Part shown: in pieces, positions 9,262 to 18,217 of the stretch
How the letters are laid out: every line of letters begins with the position of its first letter
Position numbering within the stretch: position 1 is the first letter of the stretch
Source: a virus
Lineage: Duplodnaviria; Caudoviricetes
Virus record (IMG/VR): IMGVR_UViG_3300012232_000026
Coordinates: 1 to 40,799 of that record
Reading direction: 5' to 3' (one strand)
Length of the DNA stretch: 40,799 nucleotides
Translations under genes and position numbers: made by a program
Notes under the pieces: model-generated
Told to the model about the DNA's origin: nothing
Seen by the model: the letters and a program-made list of their open reading frames with translations, nothing else
Databases searched by the model: none

Positions 9262-9397
9262 AATTCTCTGGCTGCTGGCGGCGCTGGCAGCGGCCTGCCA
9301 AACGGTGACGGTGCAGATCGGTGACGGACCGTCCGCCGACCGTGCGTCCGGCGTCAAGACGGACACCAGCATCAACAAAAAGGAGAAACCGCCGTGA
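9251..9397 (+). CDS. Small predicted lipoprotein (48 aa; not in the ORF track)
   Basis: Manual translation MRYRILWLLAALAAA-CQTVTVQIGDG...KEKPP*; basic N-terminus, hydrophobic core, lipobox; stop overlaps next GTG. Confidence 0.65.
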   Translation: MRYRILWLLAALAAACQTVTVQIGDGPSADRASGVKTDTSINKKEKPP

Positions 9398-10155
9398 GAA
9401 TCGCCGCGCTCGCCGTCCTCCTGCTTGCAGGATGCCAGACCACGCTCGACCCGAACTACGCGCTGCAACTGGAAAGCTACCGGCTCACCATCACGTCGCA
9501 GCAAAACGTCGAAGTTGCCAAGGCGCACGCGGAAGCTGCGCGCTACCAGGCGATGTCGGCAATCGCGGAGCGCGGCAATGAGCAATCCCGGCAGATGGCA
9601 ATACTCGCGTTGGCGTTGGCGCGCAGCGGCGGCGACACGGCGAAGCTGGTTCCTGCCGTGCTTCCGAATCCGCCGGAGACACAGGAGGATAAGGCTCTGC
9701 GATGGGCGGCGATATTCGCAGGCCCGGTGATCTCGGTCGCGCAGGGCTACTTTGGCTACCGCCTGGGAGTCACGCAGTCGAACAACACGGCGAACAGCAC
9801 CATCGCCAGCTACAACGCCTTCGCCGCCACCGCCGCGTCCGGCTTCAACGCCAACCGCGACATCGCCACGTCCGGGTTCAACGCGAACTCGGCCATCGCC
9901 ACGTCCGGGTTCTACACCGCCGGACAGATTGCGAACGGCGGCTTCGGCACCATCAGCGACATCGTGACCACCATCGGCAAGCCGAACATCACCACCACCG
10001 TCACCAACGGCAACGCTGGTAACGGCGGCTACACCGGACCCTACAGCGGTGCCAACTCCGGCAACAACGGACGCATCGGCAACGACACCAACCGCGACTG
10101 CTCCGGCCAGAACGGAACTACCGGAACCGTCACGGACACCCCACGGGCTTGCTAG
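9394..10155 (+). CDS. Predicted lipoprotein with 11-residue repeats
   Basis: MRIAALAVLLLAG-C lipobox; AAGGAG RBS; IATSGFNAN repeats. Confidence 0.75.
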   Translation: MRIAALAVLLLAGCQTTLDPNYALQLESYRLTITSQQNVEVAKAHAEAARYQAMSAIAERGNEQSRQMAILALALARSGGDTAKLVPAVLPNPPETQEDKALRWAAIFAGPVISVAQGYFGYRLGVTQSNNTANSTIASYNAFAATAASGFNANRDIATSGFNANSAIATSGFYTAGQIANGGFGTISDIVTTIGKPNITTTVTNGNAGNGGYTGPYSGANSGNNGRIGNDTNRDCSGQNGTTGTVTDTPRAC

Positions 10156-10169
10156 TAGCGCGGCCTTCC

Positions 10170-10205
10170 CCCGGCGGGCGCTCCCCGCGCCTGCCGGGTC
10201 TTTTT
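10170..10205 (+). terminator. Rho-independent terminator
   Basis: cccggcgggcgc / gcgcctgccggg stem followed by tcttttt. Confidence 0.7.
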
Positions 10206-10217
10206 CAAGGAGTGAAC

Positions 10218-10421
10218 ATGGAATCCATCATCGGTCTGCTCGTCACGGTCATCGTCCTCGGCTTGGTGTTCTACGTCCTGTGGTGGCTCATCGGAGTCAT
10301 CGGCCTGCCGGAGCCGTTCGGCAAGGTGGCGACCGTTATCGTCGCGCTGCTGGCGGTGGTGATCCTGCTCTCGCTGCTGTTCGGCGGCTTCCCGATCCCG
10401 GTGCTGCGCCTCGGCAGGTGA
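10218..10421 (+). CDS. Small two-TM membrane protein (67 aa); holin candidate
   Basis: AAGGAG RBS; two hydrophobic helices joined by LPEPFGK; basic C-terminus. Confidence 0.7.
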   Translation: MESIIGLLVTVIVLGLVFYVLWWLIGVIGLPEPFGKVATVIVALLAVVILLSLLFGGFPIPVLRLGR

Positions 10422-10436
10422 CGACCAGCTTTACAA

Positions 10437-10471
10437 GCGGGGTGGCGCGGTGCGCCACCCCGTTGTTTTTT
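10437..10471 (+). terminator. Rho-independent terminator
   Basis: gcggggtggcgc-ggt-gcgccaccccgt followed by tgtttttt. Confidence 0.8.
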
Positions 10472-10524
10472 ATAGGTGGCCCCGGCATTGCTTATGATTC
10501 GGCTCACCCACCAAAGGAGGTTTT

Positions 10525-11247
10525 ATGAAACGACTCTTTGCCGCCCTGCTCTGTGCGGCGCTCGCGGCCCCGGCCAGCGCCACGCTGCTGCTCTCGGCCA
10601 ACATCAACGGCACGATCTTCAACTGCCAAGACCAAGCCGCGTGCGATACCAACCTCAACGTCGGCCAACTGGCGATTGCGGACCAACTGATTAACGGGGT
10701 CCGCATCGTCGGTTCCTCGCAGATCAGCTTCGCGGGCGGGCTGAACTTCCTCAACACGTCCTCGTTCCAGATCATCAACACGCTGCTCGCGCCGTCGCAG
10801 ATCACGCTGGCTATCGGGGATACGAACTTCATCGGCCCCGCCAACGGCTTCGATTTGTCGGGGAGCGGCACCTTCCAGAACGGCATCGGCTCCACGATCA
10901 CGCTGCTGTTCTACGGTGACGGCAGCAACGCGCAGGGTGCGGAATCGCCGGTCGATCTTCCCGGCGTCCAACTCGGCACGTTCTCGGATGTCGCTACTAC
11001 GCTGGCCGATGCGTTCTCGTTCAACACGTCGGGCGCGTTCACGTCCGGTCCGTTCTTCAGCATGACGCTGGGGACGAACGGCACGCTGGCCGCATGGAAC
11101 GGCATCACGGGTCAGGAGCCGACGCTCGTGGGCCGCTCGCAGACGCAGCTGGTGCCCCAGGCGGTGCCGGAACCGGCGACGCTGGCCCTGCTCGGCCTGG
11201 GGCTGCTGGGGCTCGCGGTCACGCGGCGGCAGCGATCTGCTCGTTAG
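10525..11247 (+). CDS. PEP-CTERM sorting-domain surface protein
   Basis: Sec signal peptide (MKRLFAALLCAALAAPASA), Ser/Thr/Asn/Gly-rich body, C-terminal VPEPATLALLGLGLLGLAVTRRQR; AAGGAGG RBS. Confidence 0.92.
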   Translation: MKRLFAALLCAALAAPASATLLLSANINGTIFNCQDQAACDTNLNVGQLAIADQLINGVRIVGSSQISFAGGLNFLNTSSFQIINTLLAPSQITLAIGDTNFIGPANGFDLSGSGTFQNGIGSTITLLFYGDGSNAQGAESPVDLPGVQLGTFSDVATTLADAFSFNTSGAFTSGPFFSMTLGTNGTLAAWNGITGQEPTLVGRSQTQLVPQAVPEPATLALLGLGLLGLAVTRRQRSAR

Positions 11248-11449
11248 GGTAGCGGAACGAAAAGGCATTCCCGGCAAAGACTCGTCCGGCGGAGCGCACG
11301 GCATTCTCCGCGTTCCGCTTGGACGAGTACCCGGCCACCGGGCAATACGCGATGTCGGTGCCGTTGCTGCCGGTCAGCTTCCAGTACCAGTTAGTGCTGT
11401 CGCGCCAAACCGTGACGACGAATTTACGCTTGCGGACCTTCGGTGCCAT
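11219..11449 (-). CDS. YegP/DUF1508-family protein
   Basis: WYWKLTGSNGTDIA..GYSSKRNAENAV pattern; own promoter and GGAG RBS. Confidence 0.7.
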   Translation of the reverse strand: MAPKVRKRKFVVTVWRDSTNWYWKLTGSNGTDIAYCPVAGYSSKRNAENAVRSAGRVFAGNAFSFRYPNEQIAAAA

Positions 11450-11479
11450 CTGATACTCCGTGGTTGAATTGACCCCAGG

Positions 11480-11508
11480 AGTATACAGTTAAACAACCAG
11501 CTACGCAA
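11480..11508 (-). promoter_or_regulatory. Sigma70-like promoter for the DUF1508 gene
   Basis: TTGCGT-17 nt-TATACT on the minus strand. Confidence 0.75.
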
Positions 11509-11513
11509 CAACC

Positions 11514-13643
11514 CTAGAACTTGGTCGCCTGGGGCAGCGGCGTCACGTTATTGGGCAGCGCCGTGGGGCTCGGGCCGGTGTAGAGGTACCCGCGCACGTC
11601 GTTGGTCGCGCCCCCCACTCCGCGCAGGGTGATGATCTGTGTCTTGCTTTGGAAGTGGTGCGGCTCCCACCCCGGGATGCGGTTCATCAGCGAGCGCAAC
11701 CGGCGGCTGTACTTCGGCATGTCGTTGACCTTGACATCCAGCGCGTACAGCAACTCGACCCCGGCGGTGAAGTAACGCTGCTCGCCGCAGTAGGTGATGC
11801 GGTGCATGGGCTCGCGGTTGTTCAACACGGTCCGCAGGATGTCTTGCCACACGTCGTCGGACATGCGTGACTGCTGCATGTCGCGCGTCGCCTCCGCGGT
11901 GGGCCCGTCCATATCCTCCCACCAGGCGGTGCCCTGCATGTATTGATGCAGGGCCTCGGCCCACAACTGCAGGCGGTGCATCTCCAACCACGCGATGTCG
12001 GCGTGCGCGCACTTCATCGGCCAGAACCGGCGGTTGCCGGTGTCATCGCGCAGGTAGTCGTCGGTGTTGGTGGTGCCCACCATGATGAAGCGCCGGGCGT
12101 GGTCGAGCGCCACCCGTCCATAGGGCGCGCGGAAGGTGTCGGTGCGCGTCGTCACCAGGCCCTTCACCTGCTCCATGTCGGCGTACTTCATCGCGCCCAA
12201 CTCCACCATGTCCACGATCCAGCCGGTGTGCGCGGCCACCATGAAGTCCTTGTTGTCCAGCTTCTGCTGCAGCGCCTTGTACGCGCCGCCGCCGAGGACT
12301 TCCAGCGCCTTCGACTTGCCGATCCCCTGCGGCCCCTCCAACACCAGCATGGTGTCCACCTGGCACCCGGGCTGTTTCAGCCGGGCGACGGCGCTCACCG
12401 CCCACAGCCGCCCCACCATGCGCGTGTAGGCGGTGTCCTCTGCGCCGAACGCTTCGATGAACATGGTTTCGAGCCGCGGCACGCCGTCCCACTTCACTTC
12501 GCTGATGGCGTCCAGCACCGGGTTGCGGGTGTACTTCGGGTTGTCCGCCGTGGCGAACATTTCTTCGCGCACCAGTCCGTGCGTGAAATGGTGGAGCCCC
12601 AGCTTCTGCTGCATCCAGCGGGTGATTTCGATGGCGGAACTGTCGTTGACCTGGCGCACCGCCCCGGTGAATGTCTCGTACAGCCGGTTGCTCACTTCAT
12701 CGAACCACAGGTGGTTGCACAAGTCAGGGTGGTTGTCGAATATGCGGCGGATGTTGGTCAGGTTCATGATGGGGATGTCCTTGGCATTCAGCACCAAGTC
12801 CAACGAGCGGTACAGCGTGTTGAAGTCGGCGGCGAAGGCCTCCCCGTCGCTGCGCTCCAACGCGTCGAACAGCATGGCGATCAGCGACTTGTCCTGGACC
12901 CCCATGATCCAGTCGTCCAGTCCGATCTTCGGCCCGTTGGGGATCGACGGCAGCAGGACGAACTTGACGATGGCCCCCAGCTGCCGCAGCACCTGGCGCA
13001 GCGTCCCCGCGGCGCGGTTCACGTCGGGGTTGGTCAGCACGTCGGCGTCGAACACCACGTCCACCGTATCCCCGGGCTTGATGATCTGCGCCAGGACCGG
13101 GTGCAGCTGGAACGGCTGGCGCGCAGCTTGAGCTCGGGCCCGCGCCGCTGCGCGTGCGGCCTTCTCCTGGACCGCTGCAGACGCGCCCGCGGGCGCGACA
13201 GGCACAATGACCTCCGGCTTCCACAGCGCGCCGTAGGCCCCGGGAATGCCGATTGCCGGACGCCCGATGTACTTCATGCCGGACAGCGCCTTTTTCTCGC
13301 CTTCGACCAGCAGAATCCGCTTGCCCTTGACCACCGACAGCGCGGCCCAGGACTGCCCAGCGAGGGCCAGGACGTGCGGGTTGAGGTACGGGTAGGTCGC
13401 GTCCCACGGCTGTCCGCCCGCGGCCACGATGTCGGCCTTCGACGGTTGCGTGTATTTGCCTTGGCCGGGGCCCGGGTGATGCAGCCGCCTGCGGAACATA
13501 TGCGGGTGCCGGGAGCCGTCCGGCAGGTAGTACGGGAACGTGTAGCTGGGGCTGTCGCCGCTCGTGGCGAACTCGTTGGGTGGGTCTGCAACGGCATCCA
13601 TATCGGATGCGAGCAGCCCGCTGCGAACCAGATCAGCGTCCAT
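11514..13643 (-). CDS. Primase-helicase (Toprim/DUF3854-like N-terminus + VirE/VapE P-loop domain)
   Basis: LLVEGEKKA, VFDAD, IGLDDW Toprim motifs; KWDGVPRL, GPQGIGKS Walker A, FRAPYGR, GTTN, DDTGNRRFWP. Confidence 0.88.
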   Translation of the reverse strand: MDADLVRSGLLASDMDAVADPPNEFATSGDSPSYTFPYYLPDGSRHPHMFRRRLHHPGPGQGKYTQPSKADIVAAGGQPWDATYPYLNPHVLALAGQSWAALSVVKGKRILLVEGEKKALSGMKYIGRPAIGIPGAYGALWKPEVIVPVAPAGASAAVQEKAARAAARARAQAARQPFQLHPVLAQIIKPGDTVDVVFDADVLTNPDVNRAAGTLRQVLRQLGAIVKFVLLPSIPNGPKIGLDDWIMGVQDKSLIAMLFDALERSDGEAFAADFNTLYRSLDLVLNAKDIPIMNLTNIRRIFDNHPDLCNHLWFDEVSNRLYETFTGAVRQVNDSSAIEITRWMQQKLGLHHFTHGLVREEMFATADNPKYTRNPVLDAISEVKWDGVPRLETMFIEAFGAEDTAYTRMVGRLWAVSAVARLKQPGCQVDTMLVLEGPQGIGKSKALEVLGGGAYKALQQKLDNKDFMVAAHTGWIVDMVELGAMKYADMEQVKGLVTTRTDTFRAPYGRVALDHARRFIMVGTTNTDDYLRDDTGNRRFWPMKCAHADIAWLEMHRLQLWAEALHQYMQGTAWWEDMDGPTAEATRDMQQSRMSDDVWQDILRTVLNNREPMHRITYCGEQRYFTAGVELLYALDVKVNDMPKYSRRLRSLMNRIPGWEPHHFQSKTQIITLRGVGGATNDVRGYLYTGPSPTALPNNVTPLPQATKF

Positions 13644-13669
13644 TAGCTACCTTCCAAGAGGAGCGTGCC

Positions 13670-13698
13670 ACGCTAGGCCGCGCTCCCGGCCCCGTCAA
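13670..13698 (-). promoter_or_regulatory. Sigma70-like promoter for the primase-helicase
   Basis: TTGACG-17 nt-TAGCGT on the minus strand; the -10 lies between imperfect inverted repeats. Confidence 0.6.
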
Positions 13699-13708
13699 TG
13701 GGATTGTG

Positions 13709-15109
13709 TTAGTGAGCGCTCTCAACCACAACATGCTGTGGCCCGCGCTTCATGGCTTGCAGCAGCAAGTTTTGTGTCGCGCCCTTGCTGGCAAGGACAT
13801 CTGCGACTTTTTCTTCGATGCTGTTGGCAACGACGAGCGTGTGCACGAACACGCGATCATGCACGTTGCCCTGCCGCCACACGCGGGCGGTGGCCTGCTC
13901 GTCCAACTCCAAGTCCCACGTCGGGCCGAACCAGATAATATGCTGCGCCTGGCCCTGCAGGTTGAGCCCGTGCCCCGCCGATTTCGGATGCGCGAGCAGC
14001 ACCGGCAGATCGCCGCGGTTGAACGCGTCGCAGATCGCGTCGGCCTGCTTGTCGCTGCAGCCTTCGCCCAAGTCCTGCGCCCCGGGGAAAATCTTGAGCA
14101 GCCGATCACGGTCGCTGATGAACTCGTACAACAGCAGCACCGGGGCTCCCTGCAGATCGTCCACCAGGTCACGCACCGCGTCCAGCTTGGCGTCATGCAC
14201 CAGCACCGACGCGTGCTGCGCGTCGTAGGCGAAGCCGTTGGCGATCTGGCGCAGCTTGTTGCCCAGCACCGCGGCGTTCGGCGCGATCACGTCTTTGCCC
14301 TCAATCGCCAGGCAGTAGTCGCGCTCCATTTTATCGTAGATGTCGCGGGCGTCGTCGTCCAGGTCCACCGGGATCACGTTGCGGATCAGCTGCGGCATGT
14401 CCAGGTGATCCACCGCGTCCTCGCGCAGCATCAAGGGCCGGATTTTCTCGTTGATCTGCTTGTCGGCCCCGGGGATCAACTCCCACACGCTGTAGGTCGC
14501 CCCGGCTTTCGCCACGTCGCGGAAATACAGCATCCGATAGTGCGTGATGTACGGGCCCAGCGAGCCACCGCGGTCCAGGATGAACGTCTGCGACCACAGG
14601 TTTTCATACGACTTCGGCATCGGCGTCGCCGTCAGGATGACGCGCCGCTTGAACGTGTGCAGCACCGGCTTCAAGTTCTTGAAGCGCTTGCTGCTGTGGG
14701 TGCGGAAGTAGGACGACTCGTCCACGATCAGCACGTCCGCACCCAGCTGATCGAAGCGCACACGATCATCCTTCATCAGCCAGTCTAGGCCCTCGGGCGT
14801 CACCACGCAGATGTCCGCGGTGCTGTTCATCAACTGGATGTCCTTTTTCGGCCCGTGCAGCACGTCGATGGTGAGGCCGATGAAGTCGGCCCACTTGTCG
14901 CGCTCCTTCGGCCATACCAGCTTGGCCGGGCGCCGCGGGGCCACCACCAGGGCCCGACGCAGCATCCCTTTTTGTTTCAGCACGCACAGCGCAGCCAGCA
15001 CCACGGCGGTCTTGCCACAGCCAGGCGACCACAGCAGCCCCGCGTGGGAGTTTTGCAGGAGGAACTTCACGCCCTCAATCTGATACGGATGCGGCGTCCA
15101 GCGTTTCAT
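13709..15109 (-). CDS. SNF2-family (SF2) helicase
   Basis: PHPYQ, PGCGKT, IVDES, LTATP, SAGHGLNLQ, ARVWRQG motifs. Confidence 0.9.
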   Translation of the reverse strand: MKRWTPHPYQIEGVKFLLQNSHAGLLWSPGCGKTAVVLAALCVLKQKGMLRRALVVAPRRPAKLVWPKERDKWADFIGLTIDVLHGPKKDIQLMNSTADICVVTPEGLDWLMKDDRVRFDQLGADVLIVDESSYFRTHSSKRFKNLKPVLHTFKRRVILTATPMPKSYENLWSQTFILDRGGSLGPYITHYRMLYFRDVAKAGATYSVWELIPGADKQINEKIRPLMLREDAVDHLDMPQLIRNVIPVDLDDDARDIYDKMERDYCLAIEGKDVIAPNAAVLGNKLRQIANGFAYDAQHASVLVHDAKLDAVRDLVDDLQGAPVLLLYEFISDRDRLLKIFPGAQDLGEGCSDKQADAICDAFNRGDLPVLLAHPKSAGHGLNLQGQAQHIIWFGPTWDLELDEQATARVWRQGNVHDRVFVHTLVVANSIEEKVADVLASKGATQNLLLQAMKRGPQHVVVESAH

Positions 15110-15441
15110 TGTGCGTCCTTGTAGATGCGGTACACCACGCGCACGGCTTCCAAGTAGCCGTACACCGTGATGACTTCGATGAACGGCAGCAACTCCCGGT
15201 GGAACACGGACTGCACCGGAGACAACCTGCCGTTGTGCTTCTTGATTTCGATGAGGAACCCGCGCGTCTTGTCCGTCTTGCGGTTACGGACGAACCCCAG
15301 CAAGTCGGGGAACCCACGCCGCCCGCGCGCCGCGACCGGGATCAGCTTGATGTTGAGCGTGGCGGCGTATTCGATCAGCTTGCGCTGTATGCGACTTTCC
15401 AACCACGCCTTGCTGTCGTCAGCCGAACGCACACGGGCCAT
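15106..15441 (-). CDS. VRR-NUC domain nuclease
   Basis: ESRIQ..GFPDL..IEIKKHNGRLSPVQ motif; ATG at 15441. Confidence 0.85.
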   Translation of the reverse strand: MARVRSADDSKAWLESRIQRKLIEYAATLNIKLIPVAARGRRGFPDLLGFVRNRKTDKTRGFLIEIKKHNGRLSPVQSVFHRELLPFIEVITVYGYLEAVRVVYRIYKDAQ

Positions 15442-16141
15442 TGTTGGACTTTCGGAAGTGGCACCAACGGCAATGAAACCCCGTTCTAGCGGGGTAAAGC
15501 GTATCGTTGAGAACGTCGTGCGACATGGCATCTGCTGCCCTCTCCAATTCGATGATGGCGGCGCGGTCCGCGATGTGCAGGATCGACGCGGACGGTTTCT
15601 CGTCAACGTAGTAGTAAGTCGTCCGCACGCTGCGCGCTTCCGGGTACGCCTTCAACGCGGCCAGCGAGTAGATGCGCGCTTCGACCGGATGCTTGTCGTA
15701 CCGCTTGCCGGTCTTCCAATCCCCGGCGTCCACCATCCATCCGTTCGCTTCGGTCGGCGGCACCACCACGTCGAACACGCCCCGGAACCACACGTCGCTG
15801 GCGAAGTAATCGCACGGTGCCCACACCTGCGTGAACGCCGCCCGCTGTTCACCCAGCGCGCCACGCGCGCGCAACGCTGCAACCACCGGCTCCCACGCGG
15901 CGAACTCGGCGCTCAACGGTGCGCCGGTCTTGAGGCAGGTGTCGAACATGGCGTGGATTTCCAGCCCGCGCACCAGCGGTCCGTCCACGGTCTTCGGCTC
16001 CGGCAGCTTGTCGATGCGGATGAAGCGGTACTTCAACGGACATTGCGCGTGGTTGCTGGCCGCGCTGATGCTCCACGCCTTCTGCTTCGGCCACTCGGTG
16101 AGCGGTGGCGGTGCTGCGGACTGCGGGTCTGCGCCGAACAT
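15419..16141 (-). CDS. PD-(D/E)XK (RecB/Cas4-like) exonuclease
   Basis: QCPLKY, GLEIH, GVFD, DWKTG, C-terminal CRWCHF..C (four Cys, possible Fe-S). Confidence 0.85.
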   Translation of the reverse strand: MFGADPQSAAPPPLTEWPKQKAWSISAASNHAQCPLKYRFIRIDKLPEPKTVDGPLVRGLEIHAMFDTCLKTGAPLSAEFAAWEPVVAALRARGALGEQRAAFTQVWAPCDYFASDVWFRGVFDVVVPPTEANGWMVDAGDWKTGKRYDKHPVEARIYSLAALKAYPEARSVRTTYYYVDEKPSASILHIADRAAIIELERAADAMSHDVLNDTLYPARTGFHCRWCHFRKSNNGPCAFG

Positions 16142-18057
16142 TATGCGTCCACCTTCTCGAGAATATGCTTCACGGAGGAGCCCGGCGTCACCTCCACCAG
16201 CGAGCCCCAGGACTTGCCCACTTCGATGTCCACCAGGTGCGGCACGTCGCACGGCAGCGAGCCCACCATGCACTCCGATAACGCGTTCGTCACCGGGCCC
16301 AAGTCCTCGCGCGGGACGCTGATGTTGATTTCGTCGTACACCGTCGTGGTCAGCAGGCCCGACGTTGCCAGCAGGCTGAAATTGATAATCGCCTGCTTGG
16401 TCTGGTCCGCGCTGGTGCCTTGCACCAGGTGGTTGAGCAGCTTGTAGTCGAACGTCCGCATCCGGCCCTTCACCAGCTTCGCCTGTTCGACGCGGATCAC
16501 GCGCCCGCCGCCGGAGCGGATGAACCCGTGCAGCCGCCCCTTCTCCTTCACCCGATTGTTGAGCATCCGCAGGCCCGGCAGCGTGGCGAAGTACGCTTCG
16601 CGGATACCGTAGGCCTCCTCCTCGGTGATACCCAACTGCTCGGCCAGCTTCGGCACGCCCGCGCCGTAGATGGATGCGAAGGCGACCGCCTTGGTTGCCT
16701 TGCGCGGCACCACGAGGCCCGTCTGCTGCTTAATCAAGTCGGCGGCGTATTGGTGCAGGTCCAAATTCGGGTTGGTGACGTAGGCGCGCATCATGGCGCG
16801 GTCCTCGAAATGCGCGGCCCAGCGCAACTCCTGCTGCGAGTAGTCGGCGGACACCCAAACGTGCCCCTCCTCCGGCAGCAGCGCCGCGCGCAGCGACGGC
16901 AGGAACGGACACCCCAGCGGCGGCTTCACCTCGTCCTGGGGGTTGATGACGTTGGCGAGATTCGGGTCGCTGCTGGCGATGCGGCCCGTGCGCGTACCGT
17001 TCTTCTCCTGGCCGCGGACCTGGTGCCATTTGGTGTGCAGCCGCTCGTCAACAGACGACAGCCCCAGCCACGGTTCGATGAACGTCCGCAGCATGGTCGC
17101 CGCGACGTTGCGGTAGTTCAACGTGTCCACCAGCACGGTGTCGGTGCACCAGCGCCGCAGCGCGTGCTTGCTGACGCTGCGCTTGCCGGTGGGCTCCTCC
17201 GGCTCGCCACCCGCGAACGGGTTGACGCTCTGGCTGATGTCGCCGTCCACCGGCACCACCAGGCCGTTCGTGTACTCCCAGGCCTTCATCACCCCGGCCT
17301 TGTCCAACGCGTCGATCAAGTCGTCGTTGGCGTCCACGTTCAGCCCGGTGACACCCAGCCGGGCGGCGATCAGCGCGTCGCAGCGGGAGATCGCCGGGGC
17401 CAGCTGTTCGCCCCACGCCTTCAACAGCGGGCGGTCCACGCGGATGCCGCGGCGCTCCGCCACCAGCAGGTGCGGCGTCAGGGCGATCTCGCGCCGGTAC
17501 GCGTCCGGCTGCTCGTCCAGGATATGCTGGTACAGGCGCACGAACAGCCGGTAGGTGCGCTCCACGTCGCCAATGGCGTAGGGCCCAACGAGCTCCACCG
17601 GGGCCAGGCTGATGTACGCGCCGAAGTTCGACTTGGTGGCTCCGGCCACGTTCGCCAGAATCCAATCGCGCACGCGGTCCTGCTCCTCCGGCGGCATCCC
17701 CAGGACGCGCTCGGCGGACGGCTTGAGCGAGAAGCTGGGTGCGTGCGTGTCGTGCAGGAACAGCAGGAACAGCGTGTCGTGCCAGACGCGCGGCCAGGGC
17801 ACGCCCCAGGCCTTCATCGCCACTTCGATGTCGAACGCGCCGTTGTGGAACAGCACCGGCCCCTGGCAGGCTTTCAGCCACGCGCGCATCCCCTCGTCGG
17901 AGGTGCAGTTGTTGCCGGACGGATGGCCCCACGCAAGGTACTCGGTGACGCCGCCCGGCCAACGGATCGCCAGCCCCACCGGACGCGGTGGGTATTCGTT
18001 CGGACGCGGCCCGATGGCCTCGGTTTCAAAATCCAGCGTCGTGATGTCGTTAATCAC
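16141..18057 (-). CDS. Family A DNA polymerase with 3'-5' exonuclease
   Basis: LDFET, FHNGAFD, YAIGD exonuclease motifs; TRTGRIASSDPNLAN, motif A ADYSQQELR, motif B RKATKAVAFASIYG, motif C VYDE; GTG start at 18057. Confidence 0.93.
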   Translation of the reverse strand: MINDITTLDFETEAIGPRPNEYPPRPVGLAIRWPGGVTEYLAWGHPSGNNCTSDEGMRAWLKACQGPVLFHNGAFDIEVAMKAWGVPWPRVWHDTLFLLFLHDTHAPSFSLKPSAERVLGMPPEEQDRVRDWILANVAGATKSNFGAYISLAPVELVGPYAIGDVERTYRLFVRLYQHILDEQPDAYRREIALTPHLLVAERRGIRVDRPLLKAWGEQLAPAISRCDALIAARLGVTGLNVDANDDLIDALDKAGVMKAWEYTNGLVVPVDGDISQSVNPFAGGEPEEPTGKRSVSKHALRRWCTDTVLVDTLNYRNVAATMLRTFIEPWLGLSSVDERLHTKWHQVRGQEKNGTRTGRIASSDPNLANVINPQDEVKPPLGCPFLPSLRAALLPEEGHVWVSADYSQQELRWAAHFEDRAMMRAYVTNPNLDLHQYAADLIKQQTGLVVPRKATKAVAFASIYGAGVPKLAEQLGITEEEAYGIREAYFATLPGLRMLNNRVKEKGRLHGFIRSGGGRVIRVEQAKLVKGRMRTFDYKLLNHLVQGTSADQTKQAIINFSLLATSGLLTTTVYDEINISVPREDLGPVTNALSECMVGSLPCDVPHLVDIEVGKSWGSLVEVTPGSSVKHILEKVDA

Positions 18058-18117
18058 GATGCGCCCCCTTCCTTCGGTGGTAGCGCGGCACCCCAATCAC
18101 CGTACCTGCCGTCACGG

Positions 18118-18216
18118 TCATGGGTAGCACCTCTTGCAAGCTAGCGTCTTGAACGTGCAGTAACCGACTCGGACATACCTCCTGCACTTCCTGCGGCACC
18201 AGTAGCACCTGCTCAT
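18118..18216 (-). CDS. Small Cys/Arg-rich hypothetical protein (32 aa)
   Basis: MSRCYWC...CKRCYP with AAGGGG RBS; two CxxC. Confidence 0.45.
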   Translation of the reverse strand: MSRCYWCRRKCRRYVRVGYCTFKTLACKRCYP

Positions 18217-18217
18217 G

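Noticed and set aside
15419-16141. CRISPR-associated cas4
   Set aside because: Standard phage replication-module PD-(D/E)XK nuclease; no cas1/cas2 or array
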